DNA of 38,236 nucleotides from a virus (taxonomy: Duplodnaviria; Caudoviricetes), in IMG/VR virus record IMGVR_UViG_3300043435_000309, positions 1 to 38,236 of that record, one strand, 5' to 3'. The first letter of the stretch is position 1. Each line of letters begins with the position of its first letter. The notes beneath the pieces were generated by a model, which made no database searches, was not told where the DNA came from, and saw only the letters and a program-made list of their open reading frames with translations. This document shows, piece after piece, positions 1-11,200 of the stretch. The translations under genes and the position numbers were made by a program.

Positions 1-2
1 CT

Positions 3-3000
3 ATGAATAATAGCGTAAGAGCAGCTGCTACATCAACATTAAATTTTGCTAAGAGGCAGAGAAATTTAATTCTAAGAGAGCAAGCTGCAGTTACAGCAAG
101 ACATTATCCTACAGGAGGATTTGATCCATATCAAAAATCTTACTTTGGTCCTGGCCTTGTCAGCGACTGGAAGAGCACTGGGCAAGACGGAATACAAAAA
201 AGAAAAGTAGGAAGTTTAGGATTTAGAAAAACAGAGTTTATGGTTGGCGACCAACTGATGACCAGATCTCAGGCAAAAGCTGCTGGCGTTTCCGTTCCTG
301 GAAGAGGACCAATGGGCATGGGAGCTCAAATGGGAATTGGAATGGCTGGATCTATGGCTGGAATGGCCCTGATGAGCAAAGAAAAAGTCAATGTTGGAAA
401 ATATGAAATGTCAGGTATGTCTGCTGGTATGGGTGTTATGGCTGCAAGCAGTATACTTCCATTCCTGCCGTTTGCTAAAATGGGTGGAGGATTAAAGTCT
501 GCAGCAACAGGAGCTGCTGGACTAGCAAAAGGATTCTCAGCTGCAATGAAAGCTGGAACAGTTTTGGTAAAAATAGTACCAGCTATATTAAGACTGGCAA
601 AAGGCTTTGGTCCAATAGGATTAGTGGTAAGCGCACTTAGCATAGGATTAAAGGTATACAAGGATTACAAAGATGCTCAGCAAGACGCCTCTATGGGTCT
701 TTCCATGACCGCTAAGGCAGCAGAGCAAGCTGGAGTAAAGTATTTTAATCTTAAAGAAACAATGCAAGGTTATATAGACAAGGCAAAGCTTGCTGCTGCA
801 GCTGCAAAAGGATCGGCAGGAAACACGATTGGAATGCCTGGATTACCTAGATCTATAGAAGAGTTAAAGAAGGCCAAAGAAGAAGGCAAAGGCCTAAAGG
901 ATTTAATTGAATCCCTTAATAGATCTGAAAGTACAGATGAAACACAAAGATTAATTAATAACCAAAAAGCACAAATGGTTGCTGCTGGAATGAGTATTGA
1001 AGAAGCAAACAAAAAGATTTATGGCGCATTGGCAAATAGTAATAAGTCTAAACAAGTATATCAGCTGTTAGCAGATAAAGGATTTTCAGCAATTACAGAT
1101 AAAGCAACTGCAGCAGAATTTGCAGTTGGCAATCTAGTAAATACTTTAGATAAAGGTGCTGGTACAGCTGATTGGAATAAAGAAGTTGGAAATGGATTTG
1201 AAGGTCTCATAAATGTATTCCAAAACGCTACTACATCTTTGGTTGGAACAAAGGATGCTTTAGGAAATGTTATTGATGAGTATAAAGCTTATGAAATAGT
1301 AATGTCTAAAGCAGAGCAAAGTAACCCAGGAATAAATAAGGCAATTGGAGCAGAGGCATATGAGAATTTGGCAAAGACGCAGCCTCTACTAGCTTCAATT
1401 ACAAATGAAGCAGATAGCATCAAGGGAATTCTTGCAAAATGGAAACTCTTTACTTCTGGAATTAATGTTGACTTAAGCAAGATCGACTCAACTCTAGCAA
1501 TTAAATTAGCTGGATTTAATTCAGCCGTCGACTCTGGTGTTGCTGCATTAACAAAGGCAGCAGATAGCAAAACTACGTTTGGAACCATGGGCGCAGCCTA
1601 CGCCGCATTGCAAAAAACAATTGCAGCAACTTCAGCAGCTGCACAAAGAGCAAATGCTGCTTCACAAAGAAGCGCACAAGAAGAGCTAAAGGTAATTGCT
1701 AAAAAGATTAAGCTTATTGAGGATGAGAAGAACAAAAAGCTAGAATCTTTAAGAGCAACTCAAGATGCATCAAACTATGCATTAGAGTTACAAAAGCTTC
1801 AGATTGAATATGCTGATGCAGTTGCTCGTGGCGATATGGCTACGGCTGCAAGAGCAAGATTAGATATTGATCAGCTAACACTTAATAGACAAAGTGACTT
1901 GGCTGTAAAGGCAATTGAAGATGCAGCAAATAAAGCAAAGGCACCTCTTGAAAAAGATGCACAAGCAATATCAGACGCACAAGATAAAAAGACTATTACC
2001 TTCCAAAATAATCAAGATAATTCTGCTGTTGCTACTGAAATAGCAGATAAGCTTCAAAAATTCCAGACAACATTTAATGATTTGGCAACTAGAGGTACAA
2101 TGAATCAGCTAGAGCCTGACGCTGAAAAGAGAGCAAGAGAAGAAAAGAAAATTCAAGACGAGTTTATTGCATTCGTCAAAGAGGTTCAAGATTCTTATGT
2201 TAAGGGTGGAAGCACTTTAAAGAAAACACTTGAGAAAGCGTTCCCAGATTACTTTAGTAAGGGAAAGCCTATTCCAGTCGAAACCGTTACTAGAAAGTAT
2301 AATGGAAGCGGTCTTGAAACAACAACAACACCAAATCAATCTATATTAAATTCATTTAAAGACGACATAAAAGCCTTGACATCACATGCTCAGATGATTA
2401 CTGGAGGCACAACATTAGAGAAACTTAGAGCCGATCTAATGAAAGCATTGGGATACAAGGATAATGTTCCAGGTAAAAATGCTAAAAGCCCACTTCAAGC
2501 AAATTCAAGTAATGTGGAGGCCCCAAAGAATACTGGAAAAGTTGGTGGCCCTACAAATAATCAGGTGACTGTTGATCCAACAACTGGGAAAAAAGAAGTT
2601 CTAAATCCAGGAATATTTGAAACTAGCCTTGCGAGTTTTAAGGGCGGCGGAAAAGATTTAACTGAAGGTAAAATTGTTCTTGTTGGACCGAAGGGTGGTA
2701 TTGTAGCGGTTATAACAGACGACATAACAAAGCCAAAGAAAACTGGCGAATTAAGAATTATAGCAATTGATAGAAATGCTGGTAGAGTTCAGTTTGCAGT
2801 TAACAAAGCAGCTGGTGGTTATGTTAGCGGTCCAGGAACACCTACATCTGATTCAATTCCAGCAATGCTTTCAAATGGAGAGTATGTAATAAATGCAAAA
2901 TCTGTTCAGGCAGCTGGATTACCAATGCTTGATTCAATAAATAGAATGGCTGCTGGCGGAATGGTTAAGTATAATGTCCCTCAGATGTCAAGCGGAGGCA

Positions 3001-3170
3001 GAGTAAGATTTAATCAGGGGGGCCTTGCTTCCTCTTCAAGTTCAATGTATAATATAAACGTACAGCTAAACGGAACTAACTTAACAGCAGACGACGTTGC
3101 AGCTTCAATCCATAAAGAAATGAGACTTAGAGAAATGGCTGCTGGAGTAAATAGAAGGGTTGGCGGATAA
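3..3170 (+). CDS. Tape measure protein, C-terminal part (probably 5'-truncated by the window edge)
   Basis: At least 1055 aa, Ala/Lys-rich and helical. It has a Gly/Met-rich hydrophobic stretch near the start and a coiled-coil region. The C-terminal motif AAGGYVSGPGTPTSDSIPAMLSNGEYVINA is typical of tape-measure C-termini. Tail-tip-like genes follow directly. Confidence 0.88.
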   Translation: MNNSVRAAATSTLNFAKRQRNLILREQAAVTARHYPTGGFDPYQKSYFGPGLVSDWKSTGQDGIQKRKVGSLGFRKTEFMVGDQLMTRSQAKAAGVSVPGRGPMGMGAQMGIGMAGSMAGMALMSKEKVNVGKYEMSGMSAGMGVMAASSILPFLPFAKMGGGLKSAATGAAGLAKGFSAAMKAGTVLVKIVPAILRLAKGFGPIGLVVSALSIGLKVYKDYKDAQQDASMGLSMTAKAAEQAGVKYFNLKETMQGYIDKAKLAAAAAKGSAGNTIGMPGLPRSIEELKKAKEEGKGLKDLIESLNRSESTDETQRLINNQKAQMVAAGMSIEEANKKIYGALANSNKSKQVYQLLADKGFSAITDKATAAEFAVGNLVNTLDKGAGTADWNKEVGNGFEGLINVFQNATTSLVGTKDALGNVIDEYKAYEIVMSKAEQSNPGINKAIGAEAYENLAKTQPLLASITNEADSIKGILAKWKLFTSGINVDLSKIDSTLAIKLAGFNSAVDSGVAALTKAADSKTTFGTMGAAYAALQKTIAATSAAAQRANAASQRSAQEELKVIAKKIKLIEDEKNKKLESLRATQDASNYALELQKLQIEYADAVARGDMATAARARLDIDQLTLNRQSDLAVKAIEDAANKAKAPLEKDAQAISDAQDKKTITFQNNQDNSAVATEIADKLQKFQTTFNDLATRGTMNQLEPDAEKRAREEKKIQDEFIAFVKEVQDSYVKGGSTLKKTLEKAFPDYFSKGKPIPVETVTRKYNGSGLETTTTPNQSILNSFKDDIKALTSHAQMITGGTTLEKLRADLMKALGYKDNVPGKNAKSPLQANSSNVEAPKNTGKVGGPTNNQVTVDPTTGKKEVLNPGIFETSLASFKGGGKDLTEGKIVLVGPKGGIVAVITDDITKPKKTGELRIIAIDRNAGRVQFAVNKAAGGYVSGPGTPTSDSIPAMLSNGEYVINAKSVQAAGLPMLDSINRMAAGGMVKYNVPQMSSGGRVRFNQGGLASSSSSMYNINVQLNGTNLTADDVAASIHKEMRLREMAAGVNRRVGG

Positions 3171-3757
3171 TGAGCTTTCAAAATTTATCAAAAGGATCAA
3201 TCCTTTATATAGAAGCCCTAGACCCATTTGCAATTAATACAGCAACAAATCAATTTAATTATAAGGGTGCAACTGTATCTCCTCCTGGAAATACATACAC
3301 AGAGTCAGTTGCAGCTACAAACGGATTGGCATTTGCAAATGCAGGATCATTAGGATTTAGAAGAATTACAGAGCATAATAGAGCTCCTCTTTCTATAAAT
3401 ACAGAAAGAATTGAGTCGAGCCAAAGAATGGCAAATGGAACACTTAGAAAATATTTTGTAGCAGATAAGCTAAACCTAAATGCTTCATGGGAAATGATTC
3501 CTTCTTTTAGAAATGAAACAGTTGACGGCGGATGGGGAGCGGAAGACATTAAGAATTTTTATGAAAGCGCTGCAGGACGTGGTTCATTTAGAGTTAAGAT
3601 TAATCCAACAGTTTTTTCTCCTTCTTTAGTTGAGGGTACAGCCGCACTTTCAGATGACTACACATATACTATGGTATTTTCTTCATGCGACTTTACAATT
3701 CTAAAAAGAGGATTACAACCATTTTGGAGCGTTAATATATCCCTGGAGCAGGTATGA
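3170..3757 (+). CDS. Distal tail (Dit-like) / minor tail protein
   Basis: Coupled to the TMP stop (TAATG). 195 aa with R-MANG-LRKY and terminal W-V-ISLEQV patterns typical of genes immediately after a TMP. Function is inferred from synteny. Confidence 0.65.
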   Translation: MSFQNLSKGSILYIEALDPFAINTATNQFNYKGATVSPPGNTYTESVAATNGLAFANAGSLGFRRITEHNRAPLSINTERIESSQRMANGTLRKYFVADKLNLNASWEMIPSFRNETVDGGWGAEDIKNFYESAAGRGSFRVKINPTVFSPSLVEGTAALSDDYTYTMVFSSCDFTILKRGLQPFWSVNISLEQV

Positions 3758-6700
3758 TATCCGTATCTAATACCACTAAAGATTTACTTAAAAAGGGATC
3801 CTCTATATCAACTTCGGCTGGCGCCACAATAGAATATAATTTAAACTCAATGGTAGAGTATATAACGGCTACATCTTCCGCATTAACAAACCCATACACA
3901 AATGCTTTTAAAAAATTGTTTCCAATAGATACTATCTATAAGCCATTTAGACCGCTATCTCCAGGAATTAAATATTTGGTACATACAACTAATAATACTG
4001 ATACACCTGAGAACTCATTTGAAAGACCAAGAAATGTTGAGCAAACTGTGATGCTAAATGGCTTACCAAAGCCTAGACTTTATTACCCTGGCCCAGACAC
4101 AGTTTATAAATATTGGCTTGCACCTAAAAATACAAACATCGATATTTCTTTAGAGTATTTTTCAGATGAAGCAAAGACTACCGCAAAATTAATTCCATCT
4201 AACAAAATTGTTGCTCGATTTGAAACTAGCCATGACACCCCCACATCTTGGACTATAACTGGAGTTAAGCAGGACAACACAACAATAACTGCGTCTGGTA
4301 CTACGCTTAATTCAAGCGGGGAAGCAATAATACATTATAACGGAACAACATGGTCTACAACAAAACCTACTGAATACACAACAACACAATATCTAAAAAA
4401 GGTATCTTTAACTGCAGTTAATTCAAATACTGGAAAGTTTATAGGAGTAATAGAACTTGCCCCAAAATGGGTTCTATCAATAGATTCAGATATCGTAAGC
4501 TTTTCTATAAATAAAGAAACTACTGCAGATGATAGCTCAATTGTTCCAGTTGGAACAATTACAGCAAACTATATGAGCTTGGCATTGATGAAGCCACATA
4601 CTACATCTAGATCTATTTCTGAGTACAATATAAAAAATAGTATTGATAATACCAAGATATATTTATTTAAAAATACATCAATAGAGCCTTATATAAATAT
4701 TGGAGATGGCACTACATCACAAAAGGTTATTCAGGGAACTTTTTATATGAACTCGTGGAGCCTGTCAGAGTTTGGAGACGCTTCTATTGAGGCAACAGAT
4801 GCTGCAAAAATACTACAGGATACGCTATGCCCGCAGCTACTGGTTCAAGACTCACCAGTAACTAGCATTATTAAAAGAATACTAGACTCAGTTGGATTTT
4901 CTACATATAAAATTAATGTTAAGAAGACTAACAGCATTGTTGATGACAACTCTATCCCTTCGCTATCTTTTTGGTGGTCTGAAGGAGATAAAACTGTGTG
5001 GGATGTTTTGCAGGAGTTATGTAGAGACATACAGATGAATGCTTTTGTAGATGAGAATAATGTCTTAAATTTTTATAGCAGAAACTACATCTATGATAAT
5101 AGCGCTGAATCTCAGTGGACATTTACTAGTGAAGAAATAAAGGCTGGTTCTGTAGTTGACTATGCTCCAAACATAGTGAGTTTATCATCTAGAGAAATGA
5201 ACTCTGGCAATCAAGTTCGTGTTAGATACAGAACCGCCTATGTTGCAACTAACTCAGAGTCTTCTCAACCATTGTGGACATCACCAGAATCTTATTTGGG
5301 AGCAGGCGCCTTGGTGGAAGACATAGGAGATAGTAGCCAAATATTTAAGCTCGAGCCATCTACAATAAATTCAGCACGTCCAGATAAAGTTCTAGATCAA
5401 TTTAATGGATATGTTTTAATTGGTGGAGAAATTATTGAGTATGATGGTCTATGGTATCAGTATGTTCCAGCATCTGGAGGATCTCCATCTAGAGTTCTTA
5501 TAAAGAACCAATCAGATGTTTATAAATACTCAGCATTATCAAAACCAGGGTATAAAAACTTTTATCCGACTGGTGAATATAATATAAAAACAAGAGGCGC
5601 CTTGACTACGCCAAAGTCAGATCATAAGAAATCTCCAGACTCTTATATTAATAAATCTGGAGAGTCAGATCCTAATAAATTTAATTTATACAATATTACA
5701 TTGGCTACACCAGATGTTGCTAGATTAAAGCCTGGAGTTGGTTATATTACTTCTCCAGCAAACTCAACTGGAACAACATCTGCAAAAAGCTTTCTTACAG
5801 TTTCAAATCTAGACAAAGATAAAAAAACATTTGATATAGCAGTTAAAAGCTTTGGATCTGTAGATACAACAAAATCTTACTTCTCTTGCGGCACTAGAAT
5901 GTTTTTTGATAGTCAACTTAGTTCTCCAGAGCAAGTTGGAGGTATTGGTTTTTGTTTAGATCAAACTGGAAAAAATGGGTATTACGTTATAATTAGAACT
6001 ACCGCCTTTGCAGGTCTTCAAAAGGATGTAATGTTAGTAAGGGTAAAAGATAACAAGCTTACGGTTCTTAAAGATAGTCAGCAGACAACACCAAAAACTC
6101 TATCTGGAATATATGCTGGAAGCTCTTACAATATAGATGTTCTCGTAAAAAGAGAGTCGCTATCTGGAGGAGAGTTTAAGAATACCATTACCGTATTTAT
6201 TAATGGGTTTAAGATAACTGCATCTGATAGCGGAACAGACTCTGTAAATTTGTATGTCCCTCCAACAACAATTACAAAAAATGTTGGTCTTCATTGCGGT
6301 CAAGGTGTCGTGTACTTTGAGCATGTTTATGCAAAAAGCATAGAAGAGGCTGAGTATAAAAAAAATAGTTTAAATACAACATACCAGTATAATGGAGTTT
6401 ATTCAGATGACACTGTTTCCATGTTGTACGGAGATATAATTTATAACAATGGAAATACTTCTATTGATCAAAGCGGAAGCATTATTGAGTTTGGAACTAT
6501 AGCAAGAGAAATAAGAAAGGTAAAAGATTCTTATGACGAAAGTAGGCCAGCAATTCCAATTCGATTTAGAACAGGATTCAACAAGTATGCAACTGTTCTA
6601 GATTCAAGATTGCAGCCTTTTAGCTCAGAAGTTTATGTTTTAAATAACACATCTTCATCAATTATTCTTCACGATAATAACTATACAAGTTTTTATTTGC

Positions 6701-7041
6701 TAGGAAACTCAATTCAGCGTTCTCCTGGAGTTATTGATTATGATACAGATCAGTCTAATGACTCAAAACCTAAAGAGTCTGTAATTTTTGATTCGTCCTG
6801 GATTCAGTCAGAAGAAGACGCTAAATCTCTGGCCGAGTGGATTAAATCAAACGCTTTAAATAAAGGAAGTTTTATAGACCTTAGAGTGTTCGGGAACCCA
6901 ATATTGTCTGCTGGGGATATTGTTAGTATAAATTATCCTATTTTAGGTCTGTCCCAAAACAGTGTTAAATACATAATAACAAGATGTTCTTTGGAATATT
7001 CGGGAGGAGTAAGTACCTCAATTTCGTGTAGAGCTATCTAA
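3754..7041 (+). CDS. Baseplate hub / tail-tip (Tal-like) minor tail protein
   Basis: ATGA overlap, 1095 aa. Hub-like segments TVWDVLQELC..Q..AFVDENNVLNF and C-terminal SSWIQSEEDAKSLAEWI...GNPILSAGDIVSI. Confidence 0.7.
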   Translation: MISVSNTTKDLLKKGSSISTSAGATIEYNLNSMVEYITATSSALTNPYTNAFKKLFPIDTIYKPFRPLSPGIKYLVHTTNNTDTPENSFERPRNVEQTVMLNGLPKPRLYYPGPDTVYKYWLAPKNTNIDISLEYFSDEAKTTAKLIPSNKIVARFETSHDTPTSWTITGVKQDNTTITASGTTLNSSGEAIIHYNGTTWSTTKPTEYTTTQYLKKVSLTAVNSNTGKFIGVIELAPKWVLSIDSDIVSFSINKETTADDSSIVPVGTITANYMSLALMKPHTTSRSISEYNIKNSIDNTKIYLFKNTSIEPYINIGDGTTSQKVIQGTFYMNSWSLSEFGDASIEATDAAKILQDTLCPQLLVQDSPVTSIIKRILDSVGFSTYKINVKKTNSIVDDNSIPSLSFWWSEGDKTVWDVLQELCRDIQMNAFVDENNVLNFYSRNYIYDNSAESQWTFTSEEIKAGSVVDYAPNIVSLSSREMNSGNQVRVRYRTAYVATNSESSQPLWTSPESYLGAGALVEDIGDSSQIFKLEPSTINSARPDKVLDQFNGYVLIGGEIIEYDGLWYQYVPASGGSPSRVLIKNQSDVYKYSALSKPGYKNFYPTGEYNIKTRGALTTPKSDHKKSPDSYINKSGESDPNKFNLYNITLATPDVARLKPGVGYITSPANSTGTTSAKSFLTVSNLDKDKKTFDIAVKSFGSVDTTKSYFSCGTRMFFDSQLSSPEQVGGIGFCLDQTGKNGYYVIIRTTAFAGLQKDVMLVRVKDNKLTVLKDSQQTTPKTLSGIYAGSSYNIDVLVKRESLSGGEFKNTITVFINGFKITASDSGTDSVNLYVPPTTITKNVGLHCGQGVVYFEHVYAKSIEEAEYKKNSLNTTYQYNGVYSDDTVSMLYGDIIYNNGNTSIDQSGSIIEFGTIAREIRKVKDSYDESRPAIPIRFRTGFNKYATVLDSRLQPFSSEVYVLNNTSSSIILHDNNYTSFYLLGNSIQRSPGVIDYDTDQSNDSKPKESVIFDSSWIQSEEDAKSLAEWIKSNALNKGSFIDLRVFGNPILSAGDIVSINYPILGLSQNSVKYIITRCSLEYSGGVSTSISCRAI

Positions 7042-7049
7042 TAACGTAA

Positions 7050-7058
7050 TGGTATAAT
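7050..7058 (+). promoter_or_regulatory. Extended -10 promoter (TGGTATAAT), probably leaderless
   Basis: TGnTATAAT at 7050-7058. The ATG at 7065 is 7 nt downstream and has no Shine-Dalgarno. Confidence 0.65.
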
Positions 7059-7064
7059 AAATAA

Positions 7065-7400
7065 ATGGGAATTCAAGTAGGAAAAACACCAGTCATCTTT
7101 GATGATGACCCACGCTTAGCCGCAGTCTGGAAAGGAAGAACTTCATCTAGCGAAGAGGTTCCTAACCCTTTCCCCTTCTCATCATATGGAGATGGTGGTA
7201 ACCCACCTCCACCTCCACCTCCAGGAACTGAAAGACCTCAGCTTAGCGACATAATCTTTAAAGGATCTGAATCTTACGATGATGCAAAGGGAATGCAAAG
7301 AGTAAAAGCAAAATTTAGAATTTATAATTCTAGCAAAGAAGAGATAGACGGATTTATTTTTGCCTTAACTCTTTCGGATAAACAGGGAGGAAGATCATGA
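7065..7400 (+). CDS. Hypothetical virion-associated protein with poly-Pro linker
   Basis: 111 aa, P7 run, ATGA overlap with the next gene, located in the tail module. Confidence 0.7.
   Translation: MGIQVGKTPVIFDDDPRLAAVWKGRTSSSEEVPNPFPFSSYGDGGNPPPPPPPGTERPQLSDIIFKGSESYDDAKGMQRVKAKFRIYNSSKEEIDGFIFALTLSDKQGGRS
7203..7223 (+). repeat. (CCACCT)x3.5 tandem repeat encoding PPPPPPP
   Basis: ccacctccacctccacctcca read directly from the sequence. Confidence 0.9.
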
Positions 7401-8257
7401 TAACTAAATTTGGAAAAAGGTTTTTGACTAATTTTGTTGCAGGTAATTCTTCTCTTTCATCAAAAGAAATGGCTTTAGGAATATCAACTCAGGTAGAGTA
7501 TCCTCTTTTAGACACAAACTCAAGACTTGGGTTTGAGTTTTATAGAGTTCCAATTAGGCAAGGCGGAATAGATATAGATGCCTCTGTATCACCAGTAAAA
7601 TATACAGTAATATATTCAGCTACAATTCCTACAAATATTGCAGGTAAGATAAATGAGATTGGAATATATTCTGGGGAATCGTATTCTAGAAATTTGTATG
7701 CAAGCAAATTCATATCTAATTTTGAATTGCCGTATGAATGGAGCCCAGAGCCAACATTAGATCAATCTGATTATAGAGTTGGAGACAGCTCTTTGATATT
7801 TACATCAAATGGGACGGCGGCAAGAGAATACACATACCTTGTTAACAGTATGGATATATCTGGATACAACCCATCTGATACATTATCATTTTCATATAAG
7901 GTAAATGATGCAAACCTTTCTTCATTAAAGGTTAGGCTGTACAGCTCAGATACCGATTATTTACAATTTACATTTACTGGACACTCTATTGGATACAACA
8001 TAAAAAATTTAAATATGTCTGCAGGAGTTTCAACTGGAACATTTAACCCGCAAAGTGTTGTAAAGCTTGGAATTGTTGTAACTCCAACATCTGCTCAAGC
8101 ATCAGTTTCTATGGATGGATTAAGAATTAATGATGAGGACACTTTTGACCCAGAATATGGATTGATTGCAAGATCAATACTTGATTCAACTATGATTAAA
8201 GTAATTGGTAGAGAAGCATCAATTGAATTTAAACTAGACCTATCGTTTGGATCTTAG
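7397..8257 (+). CDS. Minor tail / baseplate protein
   Basis: 286 aa. MITKFGKRFL...EFYRVPI...G.INEIGIY resembles tail-fibre-collar/baseplate N-termini, with an inserted beta-sandwich-like middle. Supported by synteny. Confidence 0.55.
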   Translation: MITKFGKRFLTNFVAGNSSLSSKEMALGISTQVEYPLLDTNSRLGFEFYRVPIRQGGIDIDASVSPVKYTVIYSATIPTNIAGKINEIGIYSGESYSRNLYASKFISNFELPYEWSPEPTLDQSDYRVGDSSLIFTSNGTAAREYTYLVNSMDISGYNPSDTLSFSYKVNDANLSSLKVRLYSSDTDYLQFTFTGHSIGYNIKNLNMSAGVSTGTFNPQSVVKLGIVVTPTSAQASVSMDGLRINDEDTFDPEYGLIARSILDSTMIKVIGREASIEFKLDLSFGS

Positions 8258-8258
8258 C

Positions 8259-11200
8259 ATGTCTGAACAGTATGGAGATCTAGGAATTACTCAAAGTCAA
8301 GATGGTGACTATTGGGATATAGTAATTCCAGATTTAGATTTTGAAACTGATTATGCTCTTCAAGCAGGATGGATTTACACGGACAAAGCAAAAGGCACAA
8401 GCGAACTATCAGACAGATTTAACTTCACAACACTTGCACAAGAGGGTCTTCTATCTCCGAGATTTATTTCAACAGATCTTTATGCAGAAGGATCAATACT
8501 GTACATATCCTGGAATGGACAAGACTCAGGCGGAAACTATTACTTAGACTCTATTCTAAAGCAAGTAAACGTTTGGATTAAGGGTGGAGATTTTGGTGAT
8601 GAGTATGTTAAATTTGGAACATTTGGTAATAAAGCTGGCACTATTACAGTTAATGCAACAAAAATATCTACATACTGTGTAAAACTTCAGGCAGAATCAA
8701 AGTTAGATAAATTTTCAGCCTTCTCAAGTGAATTCTGTGTAACAATGCTTAAGCAGCCTAAATCTGTTTATGATGTAAGGCATACATGGGACGTATCGGG
8801 AAACCTATCCCTATTTTGGAAATTTGATCCTACACTTAAAGATGCTACTAATGATAATACAATGGCAGATTCTTTTGGCCTTCAGATGCTTGATGAAGAA
8901 AACGATGTAGATGCTACCTGGTGGACAGCCGTAGAAAAAGATAAGATTCCACCATTAGAGCAAAAAATTATTATATCCGCTAGTCAGTTGCAAAAAGTAT
9001 TTGGTCAGTTCACGGCATTTGAAATAGACTACGCCAGTTTTATTTATGTTAGAGATAAGAATCTGCAGACAAGTTTTGTTACTGGATACTCACTTGCAAA
9101 ATATACAGATCCACTTACTGCTCCAGCAATATCTGCAGTTAAAGCTCCAATGGCATATAACGTTTCATATACAGCCAACTCAGCTTTCGATAAAATTTAT
9201 GTAGAAGAAAGCATAGATTCAGGCGTTACTTGGAGCTCTACCCCGTTTGTTACATCTTCAAATCCAGCTTATATCGCTACAACTAATTCTTTAGCAAGGT
9301 TGGTAAGAGCTAGGTTTTCTAAAAAATTAGGAGGATTTACTGGCTATAGTAATATAGTAACAGTAACTCCAGACAAGATAGATCCTACAGATACTACTGC
9401 GCCAACAAATCCAACAAATGTTTCAGCAACAGCATCAGTTGATGCAAATGATAAAACTGGGTTTAGCCTACAAGCAACTATATCTTTTACTAAATCAAGT
9501 GATGCTGATTGTAGGGGCTATAGAGTAAGATGGACTACTCAAACCTCTAACCCTATTTATGAATATGGATATGTTGATCATCCAGCAACTGGCAACACGG
9601 TTTCATTTACTGTTTCAGGATTAATTCCAAATACTACATACTACTACCAGGTTGCTTCAGTTGATCAATTCAACAATACTCAGTCTTACACAGCAGCAGG
9701 AACTTTTATAGCGCAAGATTCCGTTGCTACAGCTGAGGGATCTTTAGCAAGGCTTAAGTCTTATATATCTATTGGCGGTGCTACTGGAGATCAGTTTAAG
9801 TTTGGTACTGGAATATTAGATTCAATAAATACAAGTATTACAACAACTCCAGCATTTACTGCCGCTCCAGCAACTGGATATCACGGTATCCTATTAAATA
9901 AAACGGGAAATAAAAATAACTATTGGCTAACAACAGGGCAATTGAGAGTTGGAACAGACACTCAATACATGTATTTTGATGGAGCAAATTTATATTTAAC
10001 TGGTGACATTAATGCTAGGTCTGGAAAGATAAGTGGAAATGTAACAATATCTAGCGGCGGATCATTTATTGCAGGAACTGCAGGCCAACCAAGGGTGCAA
10101 ATGAACTCTACTGGAATATTTGCATATGGCAATACACTTGTAGAGGGTGTTACAGTATTAACAGAAACTACTCAAATTCTTGTAGATGCTACCACAGATG
10201 CTCCAACTTTTATAACTACAAGGGCAAAAATTGGAAACTGGATTGTCGGAACAGATTCATTGTCTGCTGGAGGAATCACTTTAAGTTCATCTACTCCTTT
10301 AATTACTGCAACAAATAGTGGATCTTATGTAGGAATTCGGCCAAGGCAAAGCTCAGGAACAGATATTGTTTTGTGGTCAGGAAATACAGCTAGCCCAGCA
10401 ATAAATAGTGCTGCAAGTGGTCAAGCAGGGTTTCAGGTTAACGCTAATGGGCAATTGTATGCAACTGGAGCAATCATCTCTGGAAAGATAACAGTTGAAT
10501 CAGGTTCCTCACTTGGTGGGTTATTAAACGATACATCAAAAGTTTACTACTCAGCAACAACACCTACGGCACCAACTGGAGGATTTAAATCTGGAGACGG
10601 ATGGGTAGACACAGCAAATAATAATCAGTTAAAAATTTGGAACGGAACAGCATGGGTTGTTGCTCAAGATTCTGAGGCAGTAAGGTCTATTGCAAATCTA
10701 AAAACCAAAACAACATATGGACCAACACAGCCAACAAATTCAATCTTAGGCGATGTTTGGTTTGACACAACTGCTGGAATAAATTACTTTAAAGTGTATA
10801 ATGGAACACAATGGGTAAGAATGAAAGACTCAGATATAACTGCAGCAGCTCAATCAGCAGCAGATGCCTTGACTGAAGCAAACAAAAAATCAACAACAAC
10901 TTCTTCAGCAACCGCTCCATCAAGTCCTAAATCTGGAGACATTTGGTTTGATACTACTTTTAATTATTTTAAAGTGTGGAGTACAACAGTAACTCCAGCA
11001 GCTTGGGTTAGACTAAAAGATGGAGATCTTACACAGGCTCAAACCGATATCATTGCAGCCAATACAAAAGCAACAAATGCTTTAGCCAAAGCAGCTCTTT
11101 TTGGTGTTGATGGATCCTTAGTAAGCAATATGATTATTGAAAATAGCGGAGCTGCAATATATTCTAAATATAATTCTGGCGGGGTTATAGCAAAAGATTC

